Assembly (NCBI GenBank): GCA_001552015.1
Contig: CP010514.1
Location: forward strand, 540,001 to 572,000
Length of the DNA stretch: 32,000 nucleotides
Reading direction: 5' to 3'
DNA from: Candidatus Nanopusillus acidilobi
GTDB taxonomy: Archaea > Nanobdellota > Nanobdellia > Nanobdellales > Nanobdellaceae
A model generated the notes under the pieces. The model saw only the letters and a program-made list of their open reading frames with translations, was not told the DNA's origin and ran no database searches. Below are positions 7,618-14,821 of the stretch, one piece after another. Every line of letters starts with the position of its first letter. The stretch's first letter is position 1. The translations under genes and the position numbers were made by a program.

Positions 7618-8401
7618 ACTTTTTACATTTTTCAGAGAATTTTTTTCCAGGATCTTCTTTTTTATCTATCATATCAATTATTTTATCCTTTATATCAAGT
7701 ATTTTCTTTATTTCATTATTATTTCTAAACTCTATTTCTATTTTATGATTATCTTTTGCATATAATAGTATACCCTTTCTTATATTATAATTTGGAAATT
7801 CATCCTTCAATAATAAATAATATGAATATAATTGTGTAATATGTTCCCTTCTAAAAAAACCAGATTTTATTTCATAAGGTATCATATAATTTTTATATAT
7901 TTCCAATCTATCAATTCTTCCAACTATATTATATTTTAAGGAAGTAACATCAAATTCTGTTTTTATTTTTGGTTCTAAAAATTCCCATAATTCTATTCCA
8001 TATACATCTTTATCTTTCATAAAATTAAATACATTTTTTGCCCTATCTTCTATATCTTTTATTACATAACTATATGCCTTTATTTTTATATCATTTTTAT
8101 CCAAATTTAAATTTTTTATTTGTTCTTCAAATTCTTTTATTGATTCTTCTAATAATTTCATTAAAAAACTATTATATAAATTTAATATTTTTTCATATTC
8201 AAAAAATTCTTTTATATTAAATATTATTTCCTTTTCTTTTTCATTTATTTTATCAAATAAAGAATGAACAATTGATCCAAATATTTTTTGTTCATTATCC
8301 TCTTCAGAATATTCCAAAACTCTTTTTAGATAAACTTTTCTAGGACAGAAAATATAATCTGTTATATCTGTTACTCTAACAAAAATATCATTTAATTCCA
8401 C
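7574..8401 (-). CDS. Cas4-family PD-(D/E)XK nuclease with a 4-Cys Fe-S motif (stand-alone)
   Basis: N-terminal ITDYIFCPRKVYLK, GSIVHSLF, VGRIDRLE, PYEIKSG, QLYSYYLLL (QxxxY) and C-terminal CKKCAFYNIC, which is the full Cas4/DUF83 motif set. No CRISPR array or other cas genes are in the window. Confidence 0.8.
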   Translation of the reverse strand: MELNDIFVRVTDITDYIFCPRKVYLKRVLEYSEEDNEQKIFGSIVHSLFDKINEKEKEIIFNIKEFFEYEKILNLYNSFLMKLLEESIKEFEEQIKNLNLDKNDIKIKAYSYVIKDIEDRAKNVFNFMKDKDVYGIELWEFLEPKIKTEFDVTSLKYNIVGRIDRLEIYKNYMIPYEIKSGFFRREHITQLYSYYLLLKDEFPNYNIRKGILLYAKDNHKIEIEFRNNNEIKKILDIKDKIIDMIDKKEDPGKKFSEKCKKCAFYNICWKNGNKN

Positions 8402-8422
8402 GCTCTAATTATATTTTTAATA

Positions 8423-8431
8423 TTTATAAAA
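8423..8431 (+). promoter_or_regulatory. TATA box (TTTATAAAA) for the ferredoxin / membrane-paralog operon
   Basis: Centred 26 nt upstream of the ATG at 8453. Confidence 0.45.
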
Positions 8432-8452
8432 TATAACATCGATATATTTTGG

Positions 8453-8662
8453 ATGAAAATAAAAACATGGATTGATAAAAATACTTGTATTGGTTGTGGA
8501 ACATGTATTGCAGTTGCACCAGAAATATATGAATTTGATTCAGATGGAAAATCAAAAGCAAAAATTGAAATTATTGAAGATCAAAATTTAATACAAAAAG
8601 CAAGAGATGCTGAAGTTGCATGTCCAACACATTCAGTTAAAATAGAAGAAATAAATGATTAA
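8453..8662 (+). CDS. Single-cluster ferredoxin (4Fe-4S/3Fe-4S type)
   Basis: 69 aa with CIGCGTCIAVAPE...ACPTHSV (CxxCxxC...CP), the Pyrococcus/Thermotoga-type mono-cluster ferredoxin layout. Confidence 0.85.
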   Translation: MKIKTWIDKNTCIGCGTCIAVAPEIYEFDSDGKSKAKIEIIEDQNLIQKARDAEVACPTHSVKIEEIND

Positions 8663-8665
8663 TGA

Positions 8666-8878
8666 ATGAAATATATAGTAGATATTGATTATAGTAAATG
8701 TATAAATTGTTTGGCATGTTATTTAATAAATAAAAATATTTTTTCAATAGAAAATAATAGAATAGTAATAAAAAACAACATAATTTCTTCTGAAAAAGAT
8801 ATAGAAGATATAAAAATTGCCACAAATATATGTCCTACCAATGCTATATATTACCAGGAGATATTGGATAAAGATTAA
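8666..8878 (+). CDS. Second, diverged single-cluster ferredoxin paralog
   Basis: 70 aa with CINCLACYL...NICPTNAI. Same length and Cys spacing as the upstream gene. It starts 4 nt after the upstream stop. Confidence 0.75.
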   Translation: MKYIVDIDYSKCINCLACYLINKNIFSIENNRIVIKNNIISSEKDIEDIKIATNICPTNAIYYQEILDKD

Positions 8879-8904
8879 TAAATTATGAAATATTACTTTA
8901 AAAT

Positions 8905-9480
8905 ATGGCATTCTATGATACAATTATAACATTGCTGAACAACCTTGGATTCTTTAATGTTATATTACCATTTCTATTAGTTTATGCTATAATGTATGGT
9001 ATATTAAGTAAGTATAAAATACTTGGTGATCCTTTTGCTGAAGGAGATAAAGGAAAAACTACAAGGAGTTTAATATCAATTGTATCTGCAGCTACTGGAT
9101 TTTTTATAGTTGCATCTTCAAATGTTGTATTATCATTAAAAACACTAATTCCATATATAGTATTATTCTTATTAACAGTATTTTTCCTTATATTGGCAAT
9201 TTCTCCATTTTTACAGAAAGAAGAAAAGAGTGGAGAAATACAACTTGGTAATAGAACAAGAACAATATTATTAGTATCTACAATAATTATCTTTACATTA
9301 ATAGTAATATTTATACTTGGCTTATATAATTATATTAATTTATCATTAGCATCTACAGTAATTTCTTCATCACAAACATTTATAGAAACAATAGTAGTTC
9401 TTGCAATAATGTTAGGAATAGCATATTGGGCTGTGAAACCTGAAAAAGGCCAAGGATCAGAACATTCAAAATCAAGATGA
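8905..9480 (+). CDS. Multi-pass membrane protein, paralog 1 of a tandem triplet (unknown family)
   Basis: 191 aa. The N-terminal motif LGFFNVILPFLLVYAIMYGIL is shared with the next two ORFs. It has 4-5 predicted TM helices and a C-terminal ..AYWAVKPEKG tail. Confidence 0.7.
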   Translation: MAFYDTIITLLNNLGFFNVILPFLLVYAIMYGILSKYKILGDPFAEGDKGKTTRSLISIVSAATGFFIVASSNVVLSLKTLIPYIVLFLLTVFFLILAISPFLQKEEKSGEIQLGNRTRTILLVSTIIIFTLIVIFILGLYNYINLSLASTVISSSQTFIETIVVLAIMLGIAYWAVKPEKGQGSEHSKSR

Positions 9481-10106
9481 TAACAAACATAGGTCCATTA
9501 TCACAACAAATTACTTCTATTCAGGTGAATTTTAATCAGATATTATCTCAATTTGGACTCATAGATGTTGTTTTACCATTTTTATTAATATTTTCTTTAG
9601 TATTTATGTTATTAGAATTATCCAATTTATTAAAGACAAGCCCTGATGATGATGTAGGTAGAAAACTAAGTGCTTTATTTGCCTTCGGATTTGCTCTCTT
9701 ATCATTATATAATCAAAATTTAATAAAATGGTTAGTATCTTTTATTCCAAATGCTACTATAGTTATAATTGTATTCTTTTTATTAGCTATTACACTAGCA
9801 CTTACAAATAAAAAGGTACCTGGAGTATTAAGAGCCTTCTTTGCCTTCCTTATTGTAGGAATAATATTATGGCTATCTATAAATTCTTTAAGTATAACAG
9901 GATCTTCTACAAAATCCTCATTAACATATTATTTATTAGGTGAAATTAACTATCTTATGCAATCTGGTACATTATCATCATTGCTTACAGTTTTAATTAT
10001 ATTTATATTCCTAATCTTAGTAATGATGTGGGCAGTTAGTGGCGGAGAAAAGAAAGAAGAGGAGGAAGGAGAAATTAAGGGTCCATTATTAGTAAGATCT
10101 AGATAA
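9477..10106 (+). CDS. Multi-pass membrane protein, paralog 2 of the tandem triplet
   Basis: 209 aa with FGLIDVVLPFLLIFSLVFMLL and a C-terminal ..MMWAVSGGEKKEEEE tail. ATGA overlap with paralog 1. Confidence 0.7.
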   Translation: MITNIGPLSQQITSIQVNFNQILSQFGLIDVVLPFLLIFSLVFMLLELSNLLKTSPDDDVGRKLSALFAFGFALLSLYNQNLIKWLVSFIPNATIVIIVFFLLAITLALTNKKVPGVLRAFFAFLIVGIILWLSINSLSITGSSTKSSLTYYLLGEINYLMQSGTLSSLLTVLIIFIFLILVMMWAVSGGEKKEEEEGEIKGPLLVRSR

Positions 10107-10107
10107 A

Positions 10108-10752
10108 ATGGACATCTCGTCATTTATTTATACTTTATTTTCAGAATATGGTATATTTACATTTTTAGCACCATTTTTATTAGTATTTCCATTATTATAT
10201 GGATCTCTTAGAAAAATTGGTTTATTTGGAAGAGATAACCCTAATAAAGAAAAATTATATGCAGTAATTTCCATAGTAATAACATTTTATTATCTATATG
10301 ATATATCTGCTGTTATATTTACATCAAACTTTATATCATTCTTCTTTTTTGAAATGCTTGTTATATTTTTCATTTTAATGATAATTGCATTAATGGCTGA
10401 TATGTCAGAACCTTATGAAGGAGATGAAGAATTTCAGAAATATAAACAATCTTCTCATAATGTTATTGTCGGACTTATAACTCTTGCTGTTCTATTTGCA
10501 TTCCTATATGCATCTTCAGTAAATTTCAGTGGATTTGGAGAAGCTGCTCAAAATATAATATTAGAAATAATAGTTATATTACTATCTAGTGGTTTACTTC
10601 CAGTTATTGTAATAATAGGAATTTTAATTGGAGTTATATATTGGTTAATTCATAAACCAGGACCTCAAAATAAAAAAGTCAAGGGAAAATACCTTTTCAT
10701 AGCACCTGCAGAAGCTCTATATAATATACCAGAAAATCTAAAAAAGAAATAA
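10108..10752 (+). CDS. Multi-pass membrane protein, paralog 3 of the tandem triplet
   Basis: 214 aa with YGIFTFLAPFLLVFPLLYGSL and a C-terminal ..IYWLIHKPGPQNKK tail. It starts 1 nt after the paralog 2 stop. Confidence 0.7.
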   Translation: MDISSFIYTLFSEYGIFTFLAPFLLVFPLLYGSLRKIGLFGRDNPNKEKLYAVISIVITFYYLYDISAVIFTSNFISFFFFEMLVIFFILMIIALMADMSEPYEGDEEFQKYKQSSHNVIVGLITLAVLFAFLYASSVNFSGFGEAAQNIILEIIVILLSSGLLPVIVIIGILIGVIYWLIHKPGPQNKKVKGKYLFIAPAEALYNIPENLKKK

Positions 10753-10757
10753 TAATC

Positions 10758-10766
10758 ATTATAAAA
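10758..10766 (+). promoter_or_regulatory. TATA box (ATTATAAAA) positioned for the ATG at 10787
   Basis: Centred 25 nt upstream of the ATG at 10787, which opens a 10-codon frame that continues into the CBS ORF only after a -1 shift (see findings). Confidence 0.4.
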
Positions 10767-10950
10767 GTTTTTTATTATATAGATTAATGACAGTATTTAT
10801 ATCTAAGGATAAAAAATAGGAGATATTGTCGAATATATAAAAAAAGGGGAAGATATAATTGTAACAGATAATAATGGAAAATTCTTAGGAGTATTAGAGA
10901 ACTCTAAAGCAATTAGATATTTATACAGACCAGATACAAAAATTGAAAGG

Positions 10951-11892
10951 GTGATAAATAAAATAAAACCATTAAAAATAAATAATATAATCGATATAGT
11001 AGAGAAATTAATCAATTCCAATTCCAGAATAGCTTTTGTAAGAGAAGACGGACAAATAAAGATAGTTAATATATATGATATATTAAAAGAAATATTAAAT
11101 GATAAAGATGTATTAGGAAAAATGAATTTAAATGAAATAATAAATGAAGCTTATACAATATATGAAGATGAAAATATTAAAAAAGCAATTGGTATAATGA
11201 AGGATAAAGGTGTATCAAGATTAATAGTATTAGATAAAAATAATAAAGTAGCTGGAATAATTTCATTAACAGATATTCTAAAATATATGCTAATTGATAA
11301 TAGTAACAACATAAGGACTCCGAATGAAAAGGATTTTGATATAAAGATAAAATCTATAATGAATAGTAAATTAATATTTGCAAATAAAGATGATAGTATA
11401 GAGAAAATAATTAATTTAATGATAGAAAATAGGGTATTTTCATTGCCAATATTGGATAAAGGAAATTTAGTTGGTATAATAACTGCAAAAGATATATTAA
11501 TAAGTTATTTACAATATAAAAAGGAAAAAGAATATAATTTAGTTGTCCATGGAGTATCCTTAGATGAAATAGATATAAATTATATAAGGAAATTGTATGA
11601 GAAATTTTACAAAAAATATAGAAATGTTTTAGGAGAAAATATAAGATTATTATTACATATTAAAAAGATAAATGAAGATAAAGAAAATAAAAAAATATAT
11701 TATCAAATTAAAGCAAAATTAATATATAATAATGGTAAATTCTCAATTGATGATCATGGATATGATCTATATTCAACAATAAAGGACATATTTTCAATAT
11801 TAGAAAACGAAGCAGAAAAAGTAAAACATAAAAATGAAGAAAAGTATATGCTTGAAAGTATGTTTAAAAATGATATAATATATTATCTATAA
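10951..11892 (+). CDS. CBS-domain (Bateman module) protein; the true N-terminus is probably further upstream (10787) across a frameshift
   Basis: Repeated CBS blocks (..GVSRLIVLDKNNKVAGIISLTDILKYM.., ..NRVFSLPILDKGNLVGIITAKDILISY..). The frame stays open upstream to 10813 and encodes another CBS-like block (IGDIVEYIKKGEDIIVTDNNGKFLGVLENSKAIRYL) with no ATG. The track start at 10951 is a GTG. Confidence 0.8.
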   Translation: MINKIKPLKINNIIDIVEKLINSNSRIAFVREDGQIKIVNIYDILKEILNDKDVLGKMNLNEIINEAYTIYEDENIKKAIGIMKDKGVSRLIVLDKNNKVAGIISLTDILKYMLIDNSNNIRTPNEKDFDIKIKSIMNSKLIFANKDDSIEKIINLMIENRVFSLPILDKGNLVGIITAKDILISYLQYKKEKEYNLVVHGVSLDEIDINYIRKLYEKFYKKYRNVLGENIRLLLHIKKINEDKENKKIYYQIKAKLIYNNGKFSIDDHGYDLYSTIKDIFSILENEAEKVKHKNEEKYMLESMFKNDIIYYL

Positions 11893-11893
11893 G

Positions 11894-12493
11894 ATGATAT
11901 TAATACCTGGAGATAGCTTAAAGAAAAAGGATATTAATTCATATGAAAGGGAGAATAATTACTATTCAAAATATATATTATTAGTAAACGAGGATAAAAC
12001 TACAAGGCTTTTTGGATATTATATGCCAGAAGTGAATGATATTGTAATTGGAAAAGTAATTGATGTATTATCTAATGGATGGATAATTGATATAAATTCT
12101 CCATATGTAGGAAAACTATCCTTAAAAGATACTGGAGTAGATCCTAGTGATTTATATACCTATGGTGATTATATATTATGCCAAATTATAAAAATGACAA
12201 AAAATAAATTAATAGATTTAGAGATTAAGAAAAAGGAAAAATTAAATGATGGATTAATATTAAAAGTAGATCCTGCAAGAATTCCAAGATTGATTGGAAA
12301 GAATTCTTCAATGTTAAATTTAATTAAAGAAGATTTAAAGATAGATATAATAATTGGAAAAAATGGTAGAGTATATTTAAATGGCGATATAAATAATGTA
12401 TCAAAGGCAGTAGATATTATCAAATTTGTTATAAATAATTCTTATAAAAGGGGCTTAACTGAAAAGGTTAAAGAAATTTTGGAAAATAAATAA
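11894..12493 (+). CDS. rrp4: Exosome complex RNA-binding subunit Rrp4 (S1 + KH)
   Basis: N-terminal ILIPGDSL, S1 block DIVIGKVIDVLSNGWIIDINSPYVGKLSL, and KH block ARIPRLIGKNSSMLNLIKEDLKIDIIIGKNGRVYL. It lies immediately upstream of rrp41, as in the archaeal exosome operon. Confidence 0.85.
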   Translation: MILIPGDSLKKKDINSYERENNYYSKYILLVNEDKTTRLFGYYMPEVNDIVIGKVIDVLSNGWIIDINSPYVGKLSLKDTGVDPSDLYTYGDYILCQIIKMTKNKLIDLEIKKKEKLNDGLILKVDPARIPRLIGKNSSMLNLIKEDLKIDIIIGKNGRVYLNGDINNVSKAVDIIKFVINNSYKRGLTEKVKEILENK

Positions 12494-12496
12494 GAA

Positions 12497-13252
12497 ATGG
12501 TAAAAAGATTTGATGGCAGGGAATATAATGAAGTAAGAAAAATAAATATAAAGCTAAATGTAGTAGATAATGCAAAAGGATCTGCAATATTTTCATTTGG
12601 TGATACTGTTGCATTAGCTGCTGTATATGGACCAAAACCTTCAAAAATGTCTTTAGATTATGATAAAGCATTCTTAAGGGTTAAATATAATATGCTAACA
12701 TTTTCTACACCTGAAAGAAAGAAACCTACGCCAGGTAGAAGAGAAATTGAATTATCTGAAGCAATTAAGAGAGCATTAGAACCTGCATTATTATTAGAAG
12801 AAATCCCTGGAAGTATTATAGATGTATATATTGAAATATTGAATGCAGATGCTGGAACAAGGACTGCAAGTATAAATGCTGCATCTTTGGCATTATCCTT
12901 AGCAGGTATTCCAATGAAAGATTTGGTAGTAGGCCTAGCAGTTGGAAAGATTGGAGAAAAAATTGTAGCAGATTTAAATAAAGAAGAAGAAGATTATGAT
13001 TCAGAAAAATTAAGGAAAGATCCTGAAAAATCAAAATATATAGAATATTATGGAGAAGGAAGAGCTACAGATATACCAGTTGCTATAATTCCTTCTGAGA
13101 AGAAAATTACTTTAATACAATTAGATGGAGAAATTTCAAATAAAGAATTAAATGATGCATTAAATCTAGCATTAGAAAAAGCTTTAGAAATAAAAGATCT
13201 AATGAAGAATAGTATATTAAAGCATTTATCTTCAGATAATTTTATTTATTAG
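12497..13252 (+). CDS. rrp41: Exosome complex exonuclease Rrp41 (RNase PH domain)
   Basis: RFDGREYNEVRKI..AKGSAIFSFGDTVALAAVYGP, PGRREIELSE, NADAGTRTASINAASLAL. It carries a ~17-aa insertion (DSEKLRKDPEKSKYIEYY) before the ..G.ATDIPVA block relative to the usual Rrp41 layout. Confidence 0.92.
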   Translation: MVKRFDGREYNEVRKINIKLNVVDNAKGSAIFSFGDTVALAAVYGPKPSKMSLDYDKAFLRVKYNMLTFSTPERKKPTPGRREIELSEAIKRALEPALLLEEIPGSIIDVYIEILNADAGTRTASINAASLALSLAGIPMKDLVVGLAVGKIGEKIVADLNKEEEDYDSEKLRKDPEKSKYIEYYGEGRATDIPVAIIPSEKKITLIQLDGEISNKELNDALNLALEKALEIKDLMKNSILKHLSSDNFIY

Positions 13253-13269
13253 TATTTTTTATAACAACC

Positions 13270-13277
13270 TTTATAAA
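13270..13277 (+). promoter_or_regulatory. TATA box (TTTATAAA) for the 13300 gene
   Basis: Centred 27 nt upstream of the ATG at 13300. Confidence 0.45.
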
Positions 13278-13299
13278 GTACAAAATATTCTTAAATCAT

Positions 13300-14559
13300 A
13301 TGAAGAAAAATTATAAATATCTGATGATGTTAATTTTTATTTTAAACTTTACAAATATTTATTCACAATCAAATAGTTATGCTTATGCATGGTATAACGA
13401 ATATATAGGTACATTATATATAGATAAACGATTATTAGAATCGTCTGCTAGTATGCTTTCCCAATATTTAGGCCCTTTAGCACCAATTATTATAACAAAT
13501 TTACCATATTTAGTCTCATTTTTTTCTTTATTTTTTATATTTAAAAGATTCTTAAATATTATTCATGAAGATTTAGGACATAAAAATACTATAATTGCAG
13601 TAATAATATCTGCAATCACTACATATCTCTTTTTGCCTTTTGTTATACCTATATTAATTATTGCATTTATAATAAAAGTATTTAGAATTGGTAAATCTAA
13701 ATTGGAAAGTTTTAAAGAAAACTTAGGCAAGATTAATCCTGGATTAAGGGGTATTTTCTCAAGAGCAACATCAGATATTAGGGATTTTGATAAAAATACA
13801 AATAAAATTCTAAAAGATATAAATAAAATAGATAAAATAATAAATTATCCTCCCATAAGAAACTTATTAAATTCTATAGAAAAAGATATAGAAACTTTAA
13901 ATAATATAATATCCCACATATTAAAAGAAACTGAAAACGAAAAATTAACTCCATATAGATTAAAAGCTTATTTACTAAAATTCAATATGACATATAATAA
14001 TGCTATAAATAAAATCAAACAGTTAAATGGAATAATAAATACTATGTTTAGCAATCCTCCTTTATTAAGAAGGATTGGAAATAGGATATTCAGAACAAAT
14101 AAATTTACACCAAAGTATTTGATGGAATTAAGAAATATACCAAACGACTTGACTGCTAGATTAAATACTACATACAAAGAAGGTCAGAAAATATTCGAAG
14201 ATTTAAATAGATTGTTAATTTCTGCAGAAGCTATTAGTAGGAAATATGGAAGTGAAATAAATAATACTTTAAAAAGAAATCTTAATAATAATGCTCTTTT
14301 ATCTCTAGGTAATAAAGCTCCAATAAGAGAAATACAAAAAATAGAAAACACTACCGCTGCTATTTATAAAGATTGGAGGATATCTCCATTAAAAAAATTG
14401 GAAATATCATCTAAAATGTATAAATCTACAAAAAATTTATCTAAATCTTTACGTAAATTTAAAGGAAATCCAAAAAGATTATTAAACTTGACCGACAAAT
14501 ATTATAAGAAAACAATTAAATCAATTGGAAGTATTTCAAAAACCCCTGAAAAACGTTAA
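13300..14559 (+). CDS. Signal-peptide / 2-3 TM / long basic helical-domain protein (paralog A, unknown function)
   Basis: 419 aa. The signal peptide ends ..FTNIYSQS and TM helices lie around residues 60-130. The rest is a K/N/I-rich, predicted helical/coiled region. Same architecture and size as the ORF at 14822-16102. Confidence 0.7.
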   Translation: MKKNYKYLMMLIFILNFTNIYSQSNSYAYAWYNEYIGTLYIDKRLLESSASMLSQYLGPLAPIIITNLPYLVSFFSLFFIFKRFLNIIHEDLGHKNTIIAVIISAITTYLFLPFVIPILIIAFIIKVFRIGKSKLESFKENLGKINPGLRGIFSRATSDIRDFDKNTNKILKDINKIDKIINYPPIRNLLNSIEKDIETLNNIISHILKETENEKLTPYRLKAYLLKFNMTYNNAINKIKQLNGIINTMFSNPPLLRRIGNRIFRTNKFTPKYLMELRNIPNDLTARLNTTYKEGQKIFEDLNRLLISAEAISRKYGSEINNTLKRNLNNNALLSLGNKAPIREIQKIENTTAAIYKDWRISPLKKLEISSKMYKSTKNLSKSLRKFKGNPKRLLNLTDKYYKKTIKSIGSISKTPEKR

Positions 14560-14601
14560 TTAGAGCTAATTTACCAATCTTTCTAAACCTAGAAAAATAT
14601 G

Positions 14602-14666
14602 AAATTCAAATAAAGAATTAAACGATCATTAAATCTAGAATTAGAAAAAGCTATAGAAATAAATTA
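14602..14666 (+). pseudogene. Relic copy of the 3' end of rrp41 (non-coding fragment)
   Basis: 14605-14663 matches 13135-13194 (rrp41 codons ..SNKELNDALNLALEKALEIK) with 3 substitutions and a 1-nt deletion (about 93% identity). Weaker similarity extends on both sides (~13100-13225 vs ~14570-14695). The deletion breaks the frame. Confidence 0.8.
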
Positions 14667-14790
14667 AATTATGAAAGAAACAAACTTAAATACATATAAA
14701 GTCGGTGCTTTATAACTTTTTATTTAATTATTTAATATTTTTTATTTAATTTTTCTATATTTTCTCTCCTTTGTTATAAATTATAAAAAA

Positions 14791-14798
14791 TTTATAAA
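14791..14798 (+). promoter_or_regulatory. TATA box (TTTATAAA) for the 14822 gene
   Basis: Centred ~27 nt upstream of the ATG at 14822. Confidence 0.45.
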
Positions 14799-14821
14799 TT
14801 TCAACAAATTTTTATAACTAA

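Noticed and set aside
7574-8401. CRISPR-Cas locus suggested by the Cas4-like gene
   Set aside because: No direct-repeat/spacer array and no other cas genes are visible anywhere in the 32 kb. Cas4-family nucleases commonly occur as stand-alone repair nucleases.
10097-10104. ATCTAGAT upstream of the ATG at 10108, complementary to the unusual 16S 3' tail (GGAUCUAGUU), as a possible alternative SD
   Set aside because: It occurs only once. It is explained by the codons AGA-TCT-AGA-TAA at the end of the previous gene, and no similar motif lies upstream of the other internal starts I checked.
12497-13252. The ~17-aa insertion in Rrp41 (DSEKLRKDPEKSKYIEYY) as a sign of a mini-intein or mobile insertion
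   Set aside because: It is too short for an intein and has no splicing motifs. It sits in a surface-loop position and has composition typical of lineage-specific loop expansions.
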